Source of the DNA: Flavobacteriales bacterium
Lineage (GTDB): Bacteria; Bacteroidota; Bacteroidia; M30B66
DNA length: 64,000 bases
Assembly: GCA_044369395.1 (NCBI GenBank)
Contig: JBIPLZ010000421.1
Span: forward strand, 24,847 to 88,846
Direction of reading: 5' to 3'
Shown: positions 18,289 through 29,150 of the stretch, piece after piece
Layout: every line of letters starts with the position of its first letter
Position numbering within the stretch: position 1 is the first letter of the stretch
Position numbers and translations under genes: made by a program
The notes under the pieces: model-generated
Told to the model about the DNA's origin: nothing
The model's input: the letters and a program-made list of their open reading frames with translations, nothing else
The model's database searches: none

Positions 18289-18996
18289 TTAAAGAACCCT
18301 CGTTATCATAATATCGTATATTACAGATCCACGAAAGATCAAATTTCCATCTTTATACCGAAAATTTTCACTTCGGACATTTTGTTCAATTGGCTGCATA
18401 GACACGGTTTTGTTGGTTGTTTTTTCAAAAGGCAGGGGTTTCCAGTCAAACGATTCTCTAATTATTTCAAGACATTCATCTATTAAAGCAGCACCCGGAG
18501 CGTAGACTATAAAATCTAAATTAGTGCCTTCAAAATAAGTTGCTTCTGTTGTGAAATTAAAACTACGATCTGAATCTCGAATAATTACATAAGGCATAGA
18601 AAGCGTTTTGCCTTCTATAGATTCAGGAGCTTCATTGGCAAACATTCCTCCAGTAAACTTGCTCATTAAAGAAGGAGTGGAATACCATTTACTTTTAACG
18701 GCTGCTAATATCGAATCGGGATTGTTTAAATCAAGTGATGAAAAAAACGGTAAAGAAATATTATTTTGAGCATCTTTACATACAGCATAAACTTGTTGAA
18801 AACTAAAAGCAGGGCGATTGCTTACACGAAGATCACCAGATTGAAGTAATGATCCGTAATATAAATATTGCTCTGTAAAACTATCAGAACTTTTTGTGTA
18901 AATATCTACAGTGTAGTTTTGTGGAAAAGATGTTCTAACAATAAAAGAAGTAGAGCTTTCTTTTATTAAATCAAAAGAAGGACTTGGTATGCTCAT
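18289..18996 (-). CDS. hypothetical neck/tail-completion protein
   Basis: 235-aa ORF between the head-tail joining genes and the tube proteins. Confidence 0.3.
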   Translation of the reverse strand: MSIPSPSFDLIKESSTSFIVRTSFPQNYTVDIYTKSSDSFTEQYLYYGSLLQSGDLRVSNRPAFSFQQVYAVCKDAQNNISLPFFSSLDLNNPDSILAAVKSKWYSTPSLMSKFTGGMFANEAPESIEGKTLSMPYVIIRDSDRSFNFTTEATYFEGTNLDFIVYAPGAALIDECLEIIRESFDWKPLPFEKTTNKTVSMQPIEQNVRSENFRYKDGNLIFRGSVIYDIMITRVL

Positions 18997-19337
18997 TAAA
19001 GCACCTGTTCCTTTCCTTCAATCATAAATAGTTTGTTTCTACTAGCAATATTCATAAAACCTGTGACTATGTAATAGGTATTAGTTTTTTCTAAACGAAT
19101 CCTGTCACCTCGTTTTGGTTTTAAATCAACATTAGTGTATATCTGATGGGTAATGATTATTTGTCGAGAAGCATACTCTTGTTTTAAAAGAGTTGAAACA
19201 GGTTGAATAGAAGCTGAAATGTTTTCAGAACCTGTTACTGCTTTCCAGTTTTCTCTTTTTGAACCCGCAGAAGCATCTAAGGTTATAACAGACCTTTCTA
19301 ATGTTACCTTTTTGTTTAATAGAAAAGGAGAAAGCAT
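18996..19337 (-). CDS. head-tail joining/head-closure protein
   Basis: 113-aa ORF, translationally coupled and directly after the connector gene. Confidence 0.3.
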   Translation of the reverse strand: MLSPFLLNKKVTLERSVITLDASAGSKRENWKAVTGSENISASIQPVSTLLKQEYASRQIIITHQIYTNVDLKPKRGDRIRLEKTNTYYIVTGFMNIASRNKLFMIEGKEQVL

Positions 19338-20005
19338 TAAAGAGATTGCTCCCTATAGCGAGTTAGTATTTGATCTACTGAAGATAACAATGGATCGTTG
19401 GTTTTTTGTCGAGGATCAAATATTTGATATTCATAATCACCAAGTTTTTCAGATTGAAGAATACTTCCTACTTCTACATTACGTTTCATAAATGATACTA
19501 AAAGGCAAACAGCATACTGAATATCCATAGGTATGATGTTATAACCTGCTGTATAGGTGATTTTTAAATTGCCGTAAGTAGGTCCAATCTCAGAAGCAAG
19601 TTTGCCGGGGTAATAAACCCTGCCTGCTTCCATCCAGACTCCACCAATACGAACAAGAAGGCCAGATTTAGATTCTGTTACACCTGCATCAATGTCTAAG
19701 GTGTAGTGCATACCAGCAGTAAGTAATGTTGCAGGCCCAAAAGAATTTGCGTTATATCCATAATATGCTTGATAGTCTTCGTAAACAGATTGAACAGAAA
19801 TAACAGGGCGGTTACGAAGAATAATTGATCGTTGTGAATTACCTGCATAGTATTCTGTATAAGAAGCAGGCTCCAAATTACGCTTAATTCGATTGCTTAT
19901 AATCGACTCAGCAGCAATTTGGAGCCCTGTTAATTGTGAATTTTGTGTAGCATCAGAACCCGGTATATTGAGAAAGCTCTTTATTTGTGCCAAGCTGGTA
20001 AGCAT
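19337..20005 (-). CDS. head-tail connector protein (gp6-like)
   Basis: N-terminus MLTSLAQIKSFLNIPGSDATQNSQLTGLQIAAESIISNRIKRNL matches the gp6-like head-tail connector pattern (..vK.hL.i..d..d..L..li.aA...i). It lies downstream of the capsid gene. Confidence 0.45.
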   Translation of the reverse strand: MLTSLAQIKSFLNIPGSDATQNSQLTGLQIAAESIISNRIKRNLEPASYTEYYAGNSQRSIILRNRPVISVQSVYEDYQAYYGYNANSFGPATLLTAGMHYTLDIDAGVTESKSGLLVRIGGVWMEAGRVYYPGKLASEIGPTYGNLKITYTAGYNIIPMDIQYAVCLLVSFMKRNVEVGSILQSEKLGDYEYQIFDPRQKTNDPLLSSVDQILTRYREQSL

Positions 20006-20035
20006 GGTATATCCGGGTTCATGGTTTTAATACTA

Positions 20036-20455
20036 CTAAACAACAAGTGCGCCATTACTATCGCCAGCAATTTTCTTGCTTGCAATGATTACAACAGATA
20101 ATGGCAAAGCTACTGGCGAACCTGTTACGGTTGCTACGGCTCTTACATATCGTTTGTTGCGAAGAAGTTTGCCCAAGAACTGGAACTGACCGTTAAGGTC
20201 TGAACCAGAAAGAGTGTCATAACTCTTAAGGTCTACAAAGTTACTGTTGTCATCGCTCTCTTGAACTTTGACAGCAAGGGTTGGGCTTGTTCCACCGGAA
20301 GCAGTTCCGGTTACCAAGAGTGCATTAATAGGGCCATCGGAAAGTTGAAGGTCAATTCCGGTTCCGGTTACTGAAGAAGCAGGAGCTGTTACGGGAGCGA
20401 TTGAAGCTGCACCCATTCCTTGATTCTTTAGATCTGCAATAAAAGTAGCTGGCAT
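20036..20455 (-). CDS. hypothetical head protein
   Basis: 139-aa ORF between the capsid and connector genes. Confidence 0.3.
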   Translation of the reverse strand: MPATFIADLKNQGMGAASIAPVTAPASSVTGTGIDLQLSDGPINALLVTGTASGGTSPTLAVKVQESDDNSNFVDLKSYDTLSGSDLNGQFQFLGKLLRNKRYVRAVATVTGSPVALPLSVVIIASKKIAGDSNGALVV

Positions 20456-20522
20456 GAAAAAATTCCTTATATTTGGGTTTTGAAAACCCAGAGGGGTTTA
20501 GCCTCTGGGCAATTACAACTGA

Positions 20523-21935
20523 CTACGCAATGTTGAGGTTGTCGCAAATTACAAATGATGCTTCATGACGAGGAGCTCCGTCACAATACATGATCCCTCG
20601 ATACCACGTTTGGTCGGTGGTAAACGGTGTATCACCTTGTGTACTGATTTGGAACTCGATAGCACCAGAAAGAGCAATCATATAATCGCTAAAGTCGCCA
20701 CCAAGGATATAGCTCAAGTTAGAAGAGCTACCCTTAGTTCTTGAACCGCTGATCTGGGTAGACTTGTAAACAGGGTTGCCATACAAGTTACCAGGAGTGG
20801 TTCGGCTGTAATCCATGTTCGTGTTTAGTTCACGGAACATGTTGAATACGAATGGACCCTTAGCGTCGTTAGCAACAACAGCATCAGACCTTCTGTTAGC
20901 AATTGCTGCGTAAAGAAGAGGACGCATAAGGAAGGATTTGAACTGTGCGTTCTGTTCTTCCACTTTCGCAATCATGTTTGCAATATCTTCTGGTTGAATG
21001 GTATCACCATTTGTTCCAGTTACCTTTGCAGTGTGACGGCTAATGTTTGCGTAGTTGATAAGACCTTTAGGTTCATTGCTTGAACCAGTTGCTTCCAACA
21101 ACGACTTGTCCAATCGAAGAGCAAGTACACGGCTGATATCCTCTCGCAAGAACATTTCAACCGAGACAGAGCTAAATCGGAAAAGTTCGTTTGGAACTTT
21201 GCACAAGATTCCGAGCTTCTTGGCTTGCAAGAGTACGTCACCAGTTGCAGGTGTTGAATCTTGAACTGCGTTGGATTCACCAACCCAGTAAGCTGTACCA
21301 GCGTTGGTTTGCCTTGGGAAAGTGATTCTGCCGTTTGGTGGCATAGCAATGGTGCGAGCACCAGCACTCATGAACACTTCGTTATTTCTAAGGAGTTCGA
21401 TAAGTTCGCCTTGGATTGGAGGGGCAACTAATGCACCGCCTTGACTTTCGTCAATCCACGACATAGCTTTTTGAACACCCCATTGTTTAGCACGAATGTT
21501 ACGAACTTCTTCACGGTCATAACCAGTAATGCCTGCGGTTACAATATCACGGATATCTTTAGCAAAGCCTTCTTCGCCGGGGATTTCAGCAATGTAATCG
21601 CTGCCAAAAGGAGCCATAATGGTGTTAGTGTGAGCTTTGTTGTAACCAAGACGGTCTACATAAAGCTTTTGAAGAGCTTGAGCGGTTTCCCATTCAACTC
21701 TTGCATTTTCGGGAGAGAGTTCGCCACGAAGAAGACCAAAAAGTTTTACGAAGCTATAGCCTCGCGAACTCATTGAGTTTTCACCTTTGCGAACTTGAGG
21801 AGCGTTAAGTACCGAGCTGTTCCTTGCGGACTTGCTGGTGCTTTCGATTTCACTCAGTTTGTTTTGAAACTTTGCCTGAGTTTCGGTAATGCTATTGATT
21901 GCATCAATAACAGGCTTAATGTTTTTCCCGGCCAT
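20523..21935 (-). CDS. major capsid protein, HK97 fold
   Basis: 470-aa ORF with characteristic HK97-family segments (GGALVAPPIQGELIELLRNNEVFMSAGARTIAMP; WYRGIMYCDG). It is flanked by the prohead protease and connector genes. Confidence 0.8.
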   Translation of the reverse strand: MAGKNIKPVIDAINSITETQAKFQNKLSEIESTSKSARNSSVLNAPQVRKGENSMSSRGYSFVKLFGLLRGELSPENARVEWETAQALQKLYVDRLGYNKAHTNTIMAPFGSDYIAEIPGEEGFAKDIRDIVTAGITGYDREEVRNIRAKQWGVQKAMSWIDESQGGALVAPPIQGELIELLRNNEVFMSAGARTIAMPPNGRITFPRQTNAGTAYWVGESNAVQDSTPATGDVLLQAKKLGILCKVPNELFRFSSVSVEMFLREDISRVLALRLDKSLLEATGSSNEPKGLINYANISRHTAKVTGTNGDTIQPEDIANMIAKVEEQNAQFKSFLMRPLLYAAIANRRSDAVVANDAKGPFVFNMFRELNTNMDYSRTTPGNLYGNPVYKSTQISGSRTKGSSSNLSYILGGDFSDYMIALSGAIEFQISTQGDTPFTTDQTWYRGIMYCDGAPRHEASFVICDNLNIA

Positions 21936-21946
21936 AGTGTTTTCCT

Positions 21947-22165
21947 TTAAACAGGGGATGGGGAGTTTTTAAATTCACCACAAAAAATTTTCGATTCCGT
22001 TTCGGGAAACACACCAAGTGTTCCCCCTTGTAAAAGATGACTTCCTGGCGATGATTGAATCAAAGTCGGAGGGTATCTTCGGCATTGACCATATTCTGTC
22101 TCTGGAACGTTTTTCCAAAAACAACATTGACGACAAGTGCCAGAGATGTCTTTTGACTTTGCCAT
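21947..22165 (-). CDS. small Cys-rich hypothetical protein
   Basis: 72-aa ORF (CRQCC...C) between the protease-scaffold and capsid genes. It has no strong RBS. Confidence 0.25.
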   Translation of the reverse strand: MAKSKDISGTCRQCCFWKNVPETEYGQCRRYPPTLIQSSPGSHLLQGGTLGVFPETESKIFCGEFKNSPSPV

Positions 22166-22170
22166 GGTTG

Positions 22171-24285
22171 TTATCGTTTACCTGTCACTTCAAAAAGACG
22201 CTTGTTTAAGGCATCTTGATTGCTTTTCAAAGCCATCAAAGAATTGATAAGAGTTTTCATCTCATCTTCTTGTTCAGCTTTGTCTTCTTCTTCAGCTTTA
22301 GAAGAAAGAGCGTTGCAGCACTGATCAAGTTTCTCATGGATACCCTTGAGAAGTTCTGTATGAGCAGAACAAGATTCGTGCATAGAGTGTAAAACTTCGG
22401 CCATAGATTTAATAGCAGTATGGGTGGGGTCCTCATTTTCTGCTTTTTCTTCAGATTCATCTTCATCAGAAGCTTCTGCTTTTTCTTCTTCGGAAGCTTC
22501 TTCTTTCTCTTCATCTTCGTCATCGTCTTCAGCAGCTTTTGCTGCTTCTTCAATTTCTTTTTCTTCTTCATCATCTGCTTCGTCAGCATCTTCTGAAGCT
22601 TTTATTTCTTTTTCCTTATCGTCTTCATCTTCTTTTTCATCTTCTTTTTCTTTTTTCTTAGCAGGCTTACCTTGTGCAGGGGGAGGTACAAGATCTTCCA
22701 TTGCACTTTTAAACCAGTTTTTTTCTTTTATGCTCACGGTAGCAAACTCCTTAATGTCTAAATCTGGAAACAACGCTTTAACTTCTTCAAGGCCAGAGAT
22801 ATTGCGATATTCCAGAGGAAGTAAGTATAATACTTTATAAACTTTAGCAAGCTGATTGTAAACCCCTAATTTAAGTTTTTTAGGTATGTCCACACCTTCT
22901 TGCAAAGACAAGAGTACCGCCATGGCCATCTTGACTTCTTTGACACTTGCCTTGACTTTCTCATTTCCTAAACGTTCAAAAATAGAAATGTAAGATTTTT
23001 TCTTTGATCCTTTATTAGGATCGTAAGCCCAATTTTTTAAGGAAATATCTCTTTTAGATATTTTGCACTCTTTAGAAACAGGTTTGCCTTTAGGCATCTT
23101 TCTCATTCTAGAATTAAAGGCAATAGTTTTATTAGCCCATGTAATATGTTTTTTTGTCCAAGATTCTTTCTTAGTTGAAAGGAGTTCTAAGTTTCTTTTA
23201 ATAGGACCTGTACTTAAAGATGCTTTTTTAGAACACTTATTTTCACTCCAAGCTTTTAGCTCTTTGTGTGACATGTTAGTTTCTTTTTTGTACTTAGCAT
23301 AAACTTCGTCACGCTCTTCTTTATCTACTGATTCTTTAGTTTCTTCTTTAATAACTTCTTCAATACCAGGAGTTGGACCTTGAGGTAAAACTCCAATAAT
23401 TTTTACAGTGTCATCTGAAGTTAAAGGCAAGATAGGTGCTTTAAAATAAGAAGATTCTAATGCTGCAAGAGATACAGATTTTTTGACAGACAAGGGAACG
23501 TAAGAAGATAAAGCTTTACGAATAGCAGGCGAAATCTTTTCTCCTTCTACATGACCTCTAGACAAATGAGCTGCAAGAGCTTCTTGATTTGCAGGGATAG
23601 GAACTACAGACCATTCAATCATATCCCACTCTAAAAACCGTAATGCTGGAACACTGTGAGATTGATTGCCACGAAAGTCTAAAATCTCTTCGCCTGTTTC
23701 TAGGTCTACCATATCTTCGCCTTCATCATCCATAATGATAGAAGCTCTAATAGGTAAAAAACCTATAGAAGACGCTTGTAGTTCTTTACGAGCAATAAGA
23801 CGAAATACTATTTCTGACTCACGGGTTTCACCGTGAAAATAAGCGGTAGAATAAATCTTATCGTCAAATATTTCTAAAGTTAAGTTGCCTTCGGGGTCAC
23901 GGGCAGATGCAATAGGAAGCTCTTCGGTTTTGTGTCCAAAAAATACGCGGGGATTTCTGCTGTAGTTTTTAAGATGATTAACGCACCCTCTTGGAATTAC
24001 TATGTCTCCATGACGATCACGGGCAGACGTAGTAATGACAAACCTTGCTGTCATTCGAGAAGTATCAATGACTGGTGGTTCAAGATCGTCAGAGTCAAGG
24101 GCTACAAGGGAAGACGGGGATTCGGATAAACAATGGGCCATGTTTCGGGCATATTGTGCGGAGAAGGGCAATACTCCGGCTTTGGCCATAGAAGAATTAA
24201 AGTGTTTTTTTCGATCTTTAATAAAAGACCGAATTACTTCGGGTGAGGAAACGTCAAGAGATTCGGGAATTTGAAACTTACTCAT
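22171..24285 (-). CDS. prohead protease (HK97/S78 family) fused to an acidic coiled-coil scaffold-like C-terminal region
   Basis: N-terminal region carries the protease signature: RFVITTSARDRHGDIVIPRGCVNHLKNYSRNPRVFFGHK, SSIGF, EWSVVPIPANQEAL. The C-terminal ~250 aa are very acidic with K/E-rich repeats (EDEKEDEDDKEKE...). It lies between the portal and capsid genes. Confidence 0.75.
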   Translation of the reverse strand: MSKFQIPESLDVSSPEVIRSFIKDRKKHFNSSMAKAGVLPFSAQYARNMAHCLSESPSSLVALDSDDLEPPVIDTSRMTARFVITTSARDRHGDIVIPRGCVNHLKNYSRNPRVFFGHKTEELPIASARDPEGNLTLEIFDDKIYSTAYFHGETRESEIVFRLIARKELQASSIGFLPIRASIIMDDEGEDMVDLETGEEILDFRGNQSHSVPALRFLEWDMIEWSVVPIPANQEALAAHLSRGHVEGEKISPAIRKALSSYVPLSVKKSVSLAALESSYFKAPILPLTSDDTVKIIGVLPQGPTPGIEEVIKEETKESVDKEERDEVYAKYKKETNMSHKELKAWSENKCSKKASLSTGPIKRNLELLSTKKESWTKKHITWANKTIAFNSRMRKMPKGKPVSKECKISKRDISLKNWAYDPNKGSKKKSYISIFERLGNEKVKASVKEVKMAMAVLLSLQEGVDIPKKLKLGVYNQLAKVYKVLYLLPLEYRNISGLEEVKALFPDLDIKEFATVSIKEKNWFKSAMEDLVPPPAQGKPAKKKEKEDEKEDEDDKEKEIKASEDADEADDEEEKEIEEAAKAAEDDDEDEEKEEASEEEKAEASDEDESEEKAENEDPTHTAIKSMAEVLHSMHESCSAHTELLKGIHEKLDQCCNALSSKAEEEDKAEQEDEMKTLINSLMALKSNQDALNKRLFEVTGKR

Positions 24286-24287
24286 AG

Positions 24288-25628
24288 TTATCCTCTGTTG
24301 TCATTGGGCGATGATAAAGGTTGGCTAGAAGGAGGGTGTGTACCGCCCATAGGATTACTTGCAATGTTTACTGGAAGTATTGGGCTATCTCCCCAAGCAG
24401 TTGGGAATGGCTCTCTGCCACGCATAACACGAACTTCATTAGGAGTAATCGCACCACACATAAGATCGGTTTGAATTTGTTTTTCAGTAAGCTCTGGATC
24501 GTGCGGGGTAATGTCTTCCCACCAAACTTTTAAAGATTCATCATAACGATGAGCAATCTTTTCAGTAATTACTTGACCAAAGTATCGAAGAATAGGGTTA
24601 ATAGTTTGCTGCATAAATGCAGCTTGTGAAGCCATTACAGAGCCGTAGGTCATTTCTTTGTTAAGACCTGCTGCGGAAGCGGGTACACCAAACAAGGCTA
24701 AAATGTTATCTCGAATTTCTGTAGCGGTTTCACCAAAAAGCATTTCGTTAATCCCTAAAGACAAGGGGTTAACTGAAACTCCTGGAGGTAAAAACATTGG
24801 ACGGTTAGATCGAGTATCACCAGAGTAACGAGACATAAACTTAGCTTCAATACGGCGAAGATCTTCGTCACTAGGGTCTTGAAACTTTCCATCAAACTGT
24901 ACTGCAACAGTTGGAAACGTTCCGTTTTTATAAGAGTGCCAACGAGAGCGATTAATCATTTCAGCGGTATCGCCCCACTGTGCACCTGCCGTTAAAGGAG
25001 CGTAACCATCAATCTTTGAAATTGGGCTCTTATCTTTAAACACTACTATTTCTTCTATTGGAAGAAATTTCCTAAAGTAATTGCCTTCGATAGGACGAAT
25101 TTCATAGCCTTCGATAAGCTTGTCTTTGCCCACAATAGGCCACATCCAATGAGAAGGTACTACCCAGATTGCAGCAGGGAGACCAAGGTCGTTAAGAGGC
25201 ATCCACCAGTAAGCTATGCCAGTAAGGTGATGAAACATGATGGTTTCATACCAAAGGTCATAAGAGGTGTCGGGATCGTTAGGGTCTTTAAGGAGCCGAA
25301 GCAGGGGATGCTTGTTAGGTACTGGCTCAAGGTCTTCGTGAGAAAGCAAGGGAATAAGGGCTTTTTGTTTTAGAAAGTTATGACGGGGTGAGTTCATAGC
25401 GTGATGATAAGTCCACGAAACATTGGGTATTTGAGAAGCTACTTGTCTGGCAATTGCACGAATAGCGATGTAGATCCAATGTTTGAAGTTTCTAACCTGC
25501 TCAATGCGGGAATCTGTCCATGCTGAAACGTAAGGTAAAAAAGAAGGTCCGTAAGACAGCAACGTCGATAGATCCCTGTCTGAAGCTTGGTCAGGAGGGA
25601 GTCGTAATTTGCGTCTACGCTTTGCCAT
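24288..25628 (-). CDS. portal protein (HK97-type)
   Basis: 446-aa ORF immediately upstream of the protease. Its size and position in the portal-protease-capsid order support the call. Confidence 0.7.
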   Translation of the reverse strand: MAKRRRKLRLPPDQASDRDLSTLLSYGPSFLPYVSAWTDSRIEQVRNFKHWIYIAIRAIARQVASQIPNVSWTYHHAMNSPRHNFLKQKALIPLLSHEDLEPVPNKHPLLRLLKDPNDPDTSYDLWYETIMFHHLTGIAYWWMPLNDLGLPAAIWVVPSHWMWPIVGKDKLIEGYEIRPIEGNYFRKFLPIEEIVVFKDKSPISKIDGYAPLTAGAQWGDTAEMINRSRWHSYKNGTFPTVAVQFDGKFQDPSDEDLRRIEAKFMSRYSGDTRSNRPMFLPPGVSVNPLSLGINEMLFGETATEIRDNILALFGVPASAAGLNKEMTYGSVMASQAAFMQQTINPILRYFGQVITEKIAHRYDESLKVWWEDITPHDPELTEKQIQTDLMCGAITPNEVRVMRGREPFPTAWGDSPILPVNIASNPMGGTHPPSSQPLSSPNDNRG

Positions 25629-25655
25629 AGATTTACCCTATAATTAGAATCCTTA

Positions 25656-28382
25656 ATGTATGTATTATGCTTTAAATCTGTAAACGGTTCAATAGGAAAG
25701 GGAAAAGTTATGCTTGAATCTTATATGGAATCACTTTTTACTCCCAAAGACGGTAAAATTAAATCTTCTGATATACATAAAACTTTAACATCTATTATTA
25801 ATCTTCCTTCTAGTTTTACTCCTGAGTCATGGGATAAATGGCTAACTAGTTATGGAGGTAAAGCTAATATACCTAAACCTCTTTTAAAAATACTTGAAGG
25901 GGATCGTAGTGGTAGTAGGTCTGTAGAAATAAGAAAACTAATTACTGAATATGCAGACAGTATAAGAGTTGGAAGTTTTGAACAGGCTCTTGCTATAAAA
26001 AGTTTAAAAGAAGAAATTATTAAAGCTTTTGAAACAACTTTTAATGCAGAAGCTAGTCGCATACAAAGATACACATTAGCTAGAAAAAATAATTTGTTGT
26101 CTATTGCAGAAGAAAATACCATTTTAGGCACTAGTGTAATGCCTGCCTCTAAAGCAGCGGATCAAATTGCATTAATGGTTAAACGTGGTGATAGTTTATC
26201 TAACCTTAAATCATTTATAAATAGAGTAGGAGCAGGCAAAGACTTTATAGTAAATGTTATTAAAAAATTAAAAGATGATAAAAAAGAAGATATCGCAGCT
26301 TTGGTAGGACAAATGGATGCCAAAATAGGAGGTAGTTCTGATTACGAACTTAATCAATTATTAAAATCAATTGAAACAAAAGAAAAAGTAAAGGTTTTTA
26401 TAAGCACCTATTGCAGAACAGAAAGTATTATGAAGCTTATAGAAATGCTTTCTAGTGAGTCATCTTTTAAAGCTAAGACAGGTTTAGACATTTCTATTTT
26501 GCCAGGGATTTTAAATAACAGAAAAACATCTCAAAAAATAAAAGATTTAATATCAGATCAAATTCTTCATAACAATGGTTTTGATAAAGTAATAAAAGAA
26601 ACGGATATGCGTAATTTTATTTTAAACAAACAACAGGAGTTTATAAAAAAGGCAATTGACACCGGAAAACAACCTAGCATTAGAGTTTTAAAAGAAGCAA
26701 TTATTTCAAAAGTTCAATTAAAATTACAAGATAGATATGAAACATTATTGTCAGGGATTGTAGATAAAGGTTTAGTAGGGGCTGAATATTATAGTCAATT
26801 AACTTCAATGATAAACAATCATGTAATAAATGAGCTTTCTTTTATAAATGATTATGTAACTTATCCTACTAGAAAAATATTAGATAAAAATAATAACGAG
26901 ATAACAATTAATTCTCTTCACGTTGATAATGTTGTTTACCCAGAAAGGTTAAAAAGGTTTGGAGCTCCTAAAAAAACCAAAAAGCAAGAAGAGAGAGAAT
27001 CAGATACTGAGTTTTTAAAATTAACTGCTCTTATAAATACCCTGCCCCCAGAAATGAAAGTTGCTCAAAATTTAGTTAAATACAGCATTAAAGCTAAGAC
27101 TTTACAAAAATTACAAAGATTAAAGGCTGAAGGAAAACATTTAAATAAAAACTCAGACGATTTAAAAGAAAGCATTTTTAATGAACACGGACACATTGTA
27201 ATAGGTTCTTTATTTAAAAAAGCTTTAGAAGAGTTAGATGCAAAAACAAGCAGTCCTTATGCAAGCACTGTTTGCTTAAGAGCTATTTTATTTTTAGCTA
27301 AAGGGTCAGGTACTTGGCGGTCTAAACATGCTTATTTATACAAACAAATTTACGAAATGGCCGACAAGCTTCATGCTGCTGCTAAAGAGTCAGGAGTCAC
27401 ACTTGATCAGTTATTAGATCGTCGTCGATTAGAAGATAAAGATCCCGATGAAAATAAAGGACGTAGAAACGACGTAACAAGAGGTCATAGAAAAGATCCA
27501 GATTTTAGTAAAGCAGATTATTTAGACAGGTTACAAATTAGAAATTTGATGAGGGCTATTCCTAAACGGTCAAAAATTATCGGTGAGTATGCTCCACCTT
27601 ATGTTGATTCTAGGGGTAAACCTTTAAGCCCTGCAATTCAAAAACTGTTTGAAAGATACGTTAGTAATATGAAAACTAACGCAGTGTTTCAAAAAATGGT
27701 AGTTGATAACCCTAACGGTATTCATGGACTGTTTATTAATTATTTAACAAGTAAACACGGACAAAGACTGATTAATGATGAAATAGCATTTCGTTTAAAA
27801 GATGTAGATAAAGATCCAGAAGTAAGCAAAGCAATACTTGGGTATGAAAGAGTTTTGTACGGTTTACGCTATGAAAGAATTCAACAAAGTCTTGAAAGTT
27901 CTCTTGGTCATGTAGATAAAAATACTGGATTTTTCATTCCTCAAAAAAGAAGAAATCTGCTAAGTGGTGAAGCAAATAAAGCTGTTAATAAAACTGGACA
28001 ATTTGATGAAGCTAAAAAACAAGAGCTTATGGAAGCAGATAGCTCTGAAGATTATCTTTTTGGTATATCAAAAGTAATTCCACCAAATGTACAAGAAAAG
28101 TTTCAAGGATATTCTTTATTGGGAATGATACATGCTTCAGAATCAGAAGAAGAGCTTTCTATGGTCATGTCTCATATTCATACGTTAATTCCAAAAGATC
28201 ATTTAGATACACTTCAAGAAAACGCATCTGTAAAAATTAGTGATGTTCATTTAGAAAAGCAAACTGAACTAAACAAAAAAACAGAAACAGACCAACAAGA
28301 ATTTTTAAGAAAACAATCTTTAGCAAGGCAACAAGAAATACAGGGGTTAAATAACACTCCCGATGTAACTCGCGGCACTTAA
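25656..28382 (+). CDS. large Lys-rich hypothetical protein (AT-rich island); probable start 25710
   Basis: 908-aa ORF with a markedly lower GC than its neighbours. It has no recognisable motifs. It is followed by a hairpin at CCCCCGTATTAAAGGGG. Confidence 0.5.
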   Translation: MYVLCFKSVNGSIGKGKVMLESYMESLFTPKDGKIKSSDIHKTLTSIINLPSSFTPESWDKWLTSYGGKANIPKPLLKILEGDRSGSRSVEIRKLITEYADSIRVGSFEQALAIKSLKEEIIKAFETTFNAEASRIQRYTLARKNNLLSIAEENTILGTSVMPASKAADQIALMVKRGDSLSNLKSFINRVGAGKDFIVNVIKKLKDDKKEDIAALVGQMDAKIGGSSDYELNQLLKSIETKEKVKVFISTYCRTESIMKLIEMLSSESSFKAKTGLDISILPGILNNRKTSQKIKDLISDQILHNNGFDKVIKETDMRNFILNKQQEFIKKAIDTGKQPSIRVLKEAIISKVQLKLQDRYETLLSGIVDKGLVGAEYYSQLTSMINNHVINELSFINDYVTYPTRKILDKNNNEITINSLHVDNVVYPERLKRFGAPKKTKKQEERESDTEFLKLTALINTLPPEMKVAQNLVKYSIKAKTLQKLQRLKAEGKHLNKNSDDLKESIFNEHGHIVIGSLFKKALEELDAKTSSPYASTVCLRAILFLAKGSGTWRSKHAYLYKQIYEMADKLHAAAKESGVTLDQLLDRRRLEDKDPDENKGRRNDVTRGHRKDPDFSKADYLDRLQIRNLMRAIPKRSKIIGEYAPPYVDSRGKPLSPAIQKLFERYVSNMKTNAVFQKMVVDNPNGIHGLFINYLTSKHGQRLINDEIAFRLKDVDKDPEVSKAILGYERVLYGLRYERIQQSLESSLGHVDKNTGFFIPQKRRNLLSGEANKAVNKTGQFDEAKKQELMEADSSEDYLFGISKVIPPNVQEKFQGYSLLGMIHASESEEELSMVMSHIHTLIPKDHLDTLQENASVKISDVHLEKQTELNKKTETDQQEFLRKQSLARQQEIQGLNNTPDVTRGT

Positions 28383-28564
28383 AAACATTTTAACAACTGC
28401 CATTCTGGCAGAAAACTTTATTAGCCCCCCGTATTAAAGGGGAGCCCCGCCCTATTTGTACTCCTGTTTGTGTGGATGATTTAACACCCCCTACCCCTAT
28501 GTGCGTTATGAGTATGCGTGTTGTGTGCTCAGTGGGGTGTGTTGAATATTTAAAGGAGTCTGAG

Positions 28565-29017
28565 ATGAAGAGTAATGTTATTTTGATTTTGGTTTTATCT
28601 TTCAACATAGCACTCGGCATTTTGGCTGTTCGATACATAAATGAATGTTCAAAAAATATGCCTGAGGTTTGCACTGTTGCTAGTGTTGTAGCTACTGCTG
28701 ATTGGAATGATCAATTTAATGCTCCCGGTTGGACAGTATTTAAAACTACAGAGGGTGAAACAGTATTAAAAATTCACGGAAGTTCGGATGGTTATGTATG
28801 GTTTTATCCTAACAACAGTAGTTGTCCTTTAACTTTAGTGCTTAAAGAGTTAAAAGTAAAAATCACAAAAATTATCTGTTGTCATCCAGCAGTAGTTAAA
28901 GAACGAAGTAATGTTGATGTATCTTTCTTTCAAGAGACTCATCGTTCTTTTGTTTATGCGACTCTTAATATTGTTGAGGGAGAGAATGTTCGGGTTTATA
29001 ACAAAAACCCTAATTAG
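28565..29017 (+). CDS. signal-anchored Cys-containing membrane protein
   Basis: Starts MKSNVILILVLSFNIALGILAV after AAGGAGT. It is the first gene of the repeated promoter-like cassette region. Confidence 0.5.
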   Translation: MKSNVILILVLSFNIALGILAVRYINECSKNMPEVCTVASVVATADWNDQFNAPGWTVFKTTEGETVLKIHGSSDGYVWFYPNNSSCPLTLVLKELKVKITKIICCHPAVVKERSNVDVSFFQETHRSFVYATLNIVEGENVRVYNKNPN

Positions 29018-29150
29018 CAGAGGACACTCCGAAAAGGGTGTAATGCACTACTTAATCTGATCTAGGTTAGGTAACGGTTCCAAGTCCGAGCATATATGGC
29101 TATCTCACTTTGAGGTAGCTGTTTTCGTTTCTAGATCAAGGAGTTTAGTT
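29018..29150 (+). promoter_or_regulatory. repeated intergenic cassette, copy A (post-stop hairpin, conserved AACGGTTCCAAGTCCG box, GCTGTTTT box, AAGGAGT RBS)
   Basis: About 75% identical to copy B at 29293-29419. Confidence 0.5.

Noticed and set aside
29075-29095. AACGGTTCCAAGTCCG as a tRNA T-arm (GGTTC.A..CC-like)
   Set aside because: No flanking 5-bp stem and no acceptor or anticodon arms. The sequence is simply a conserved box of the repeated cassette, present in both copies.
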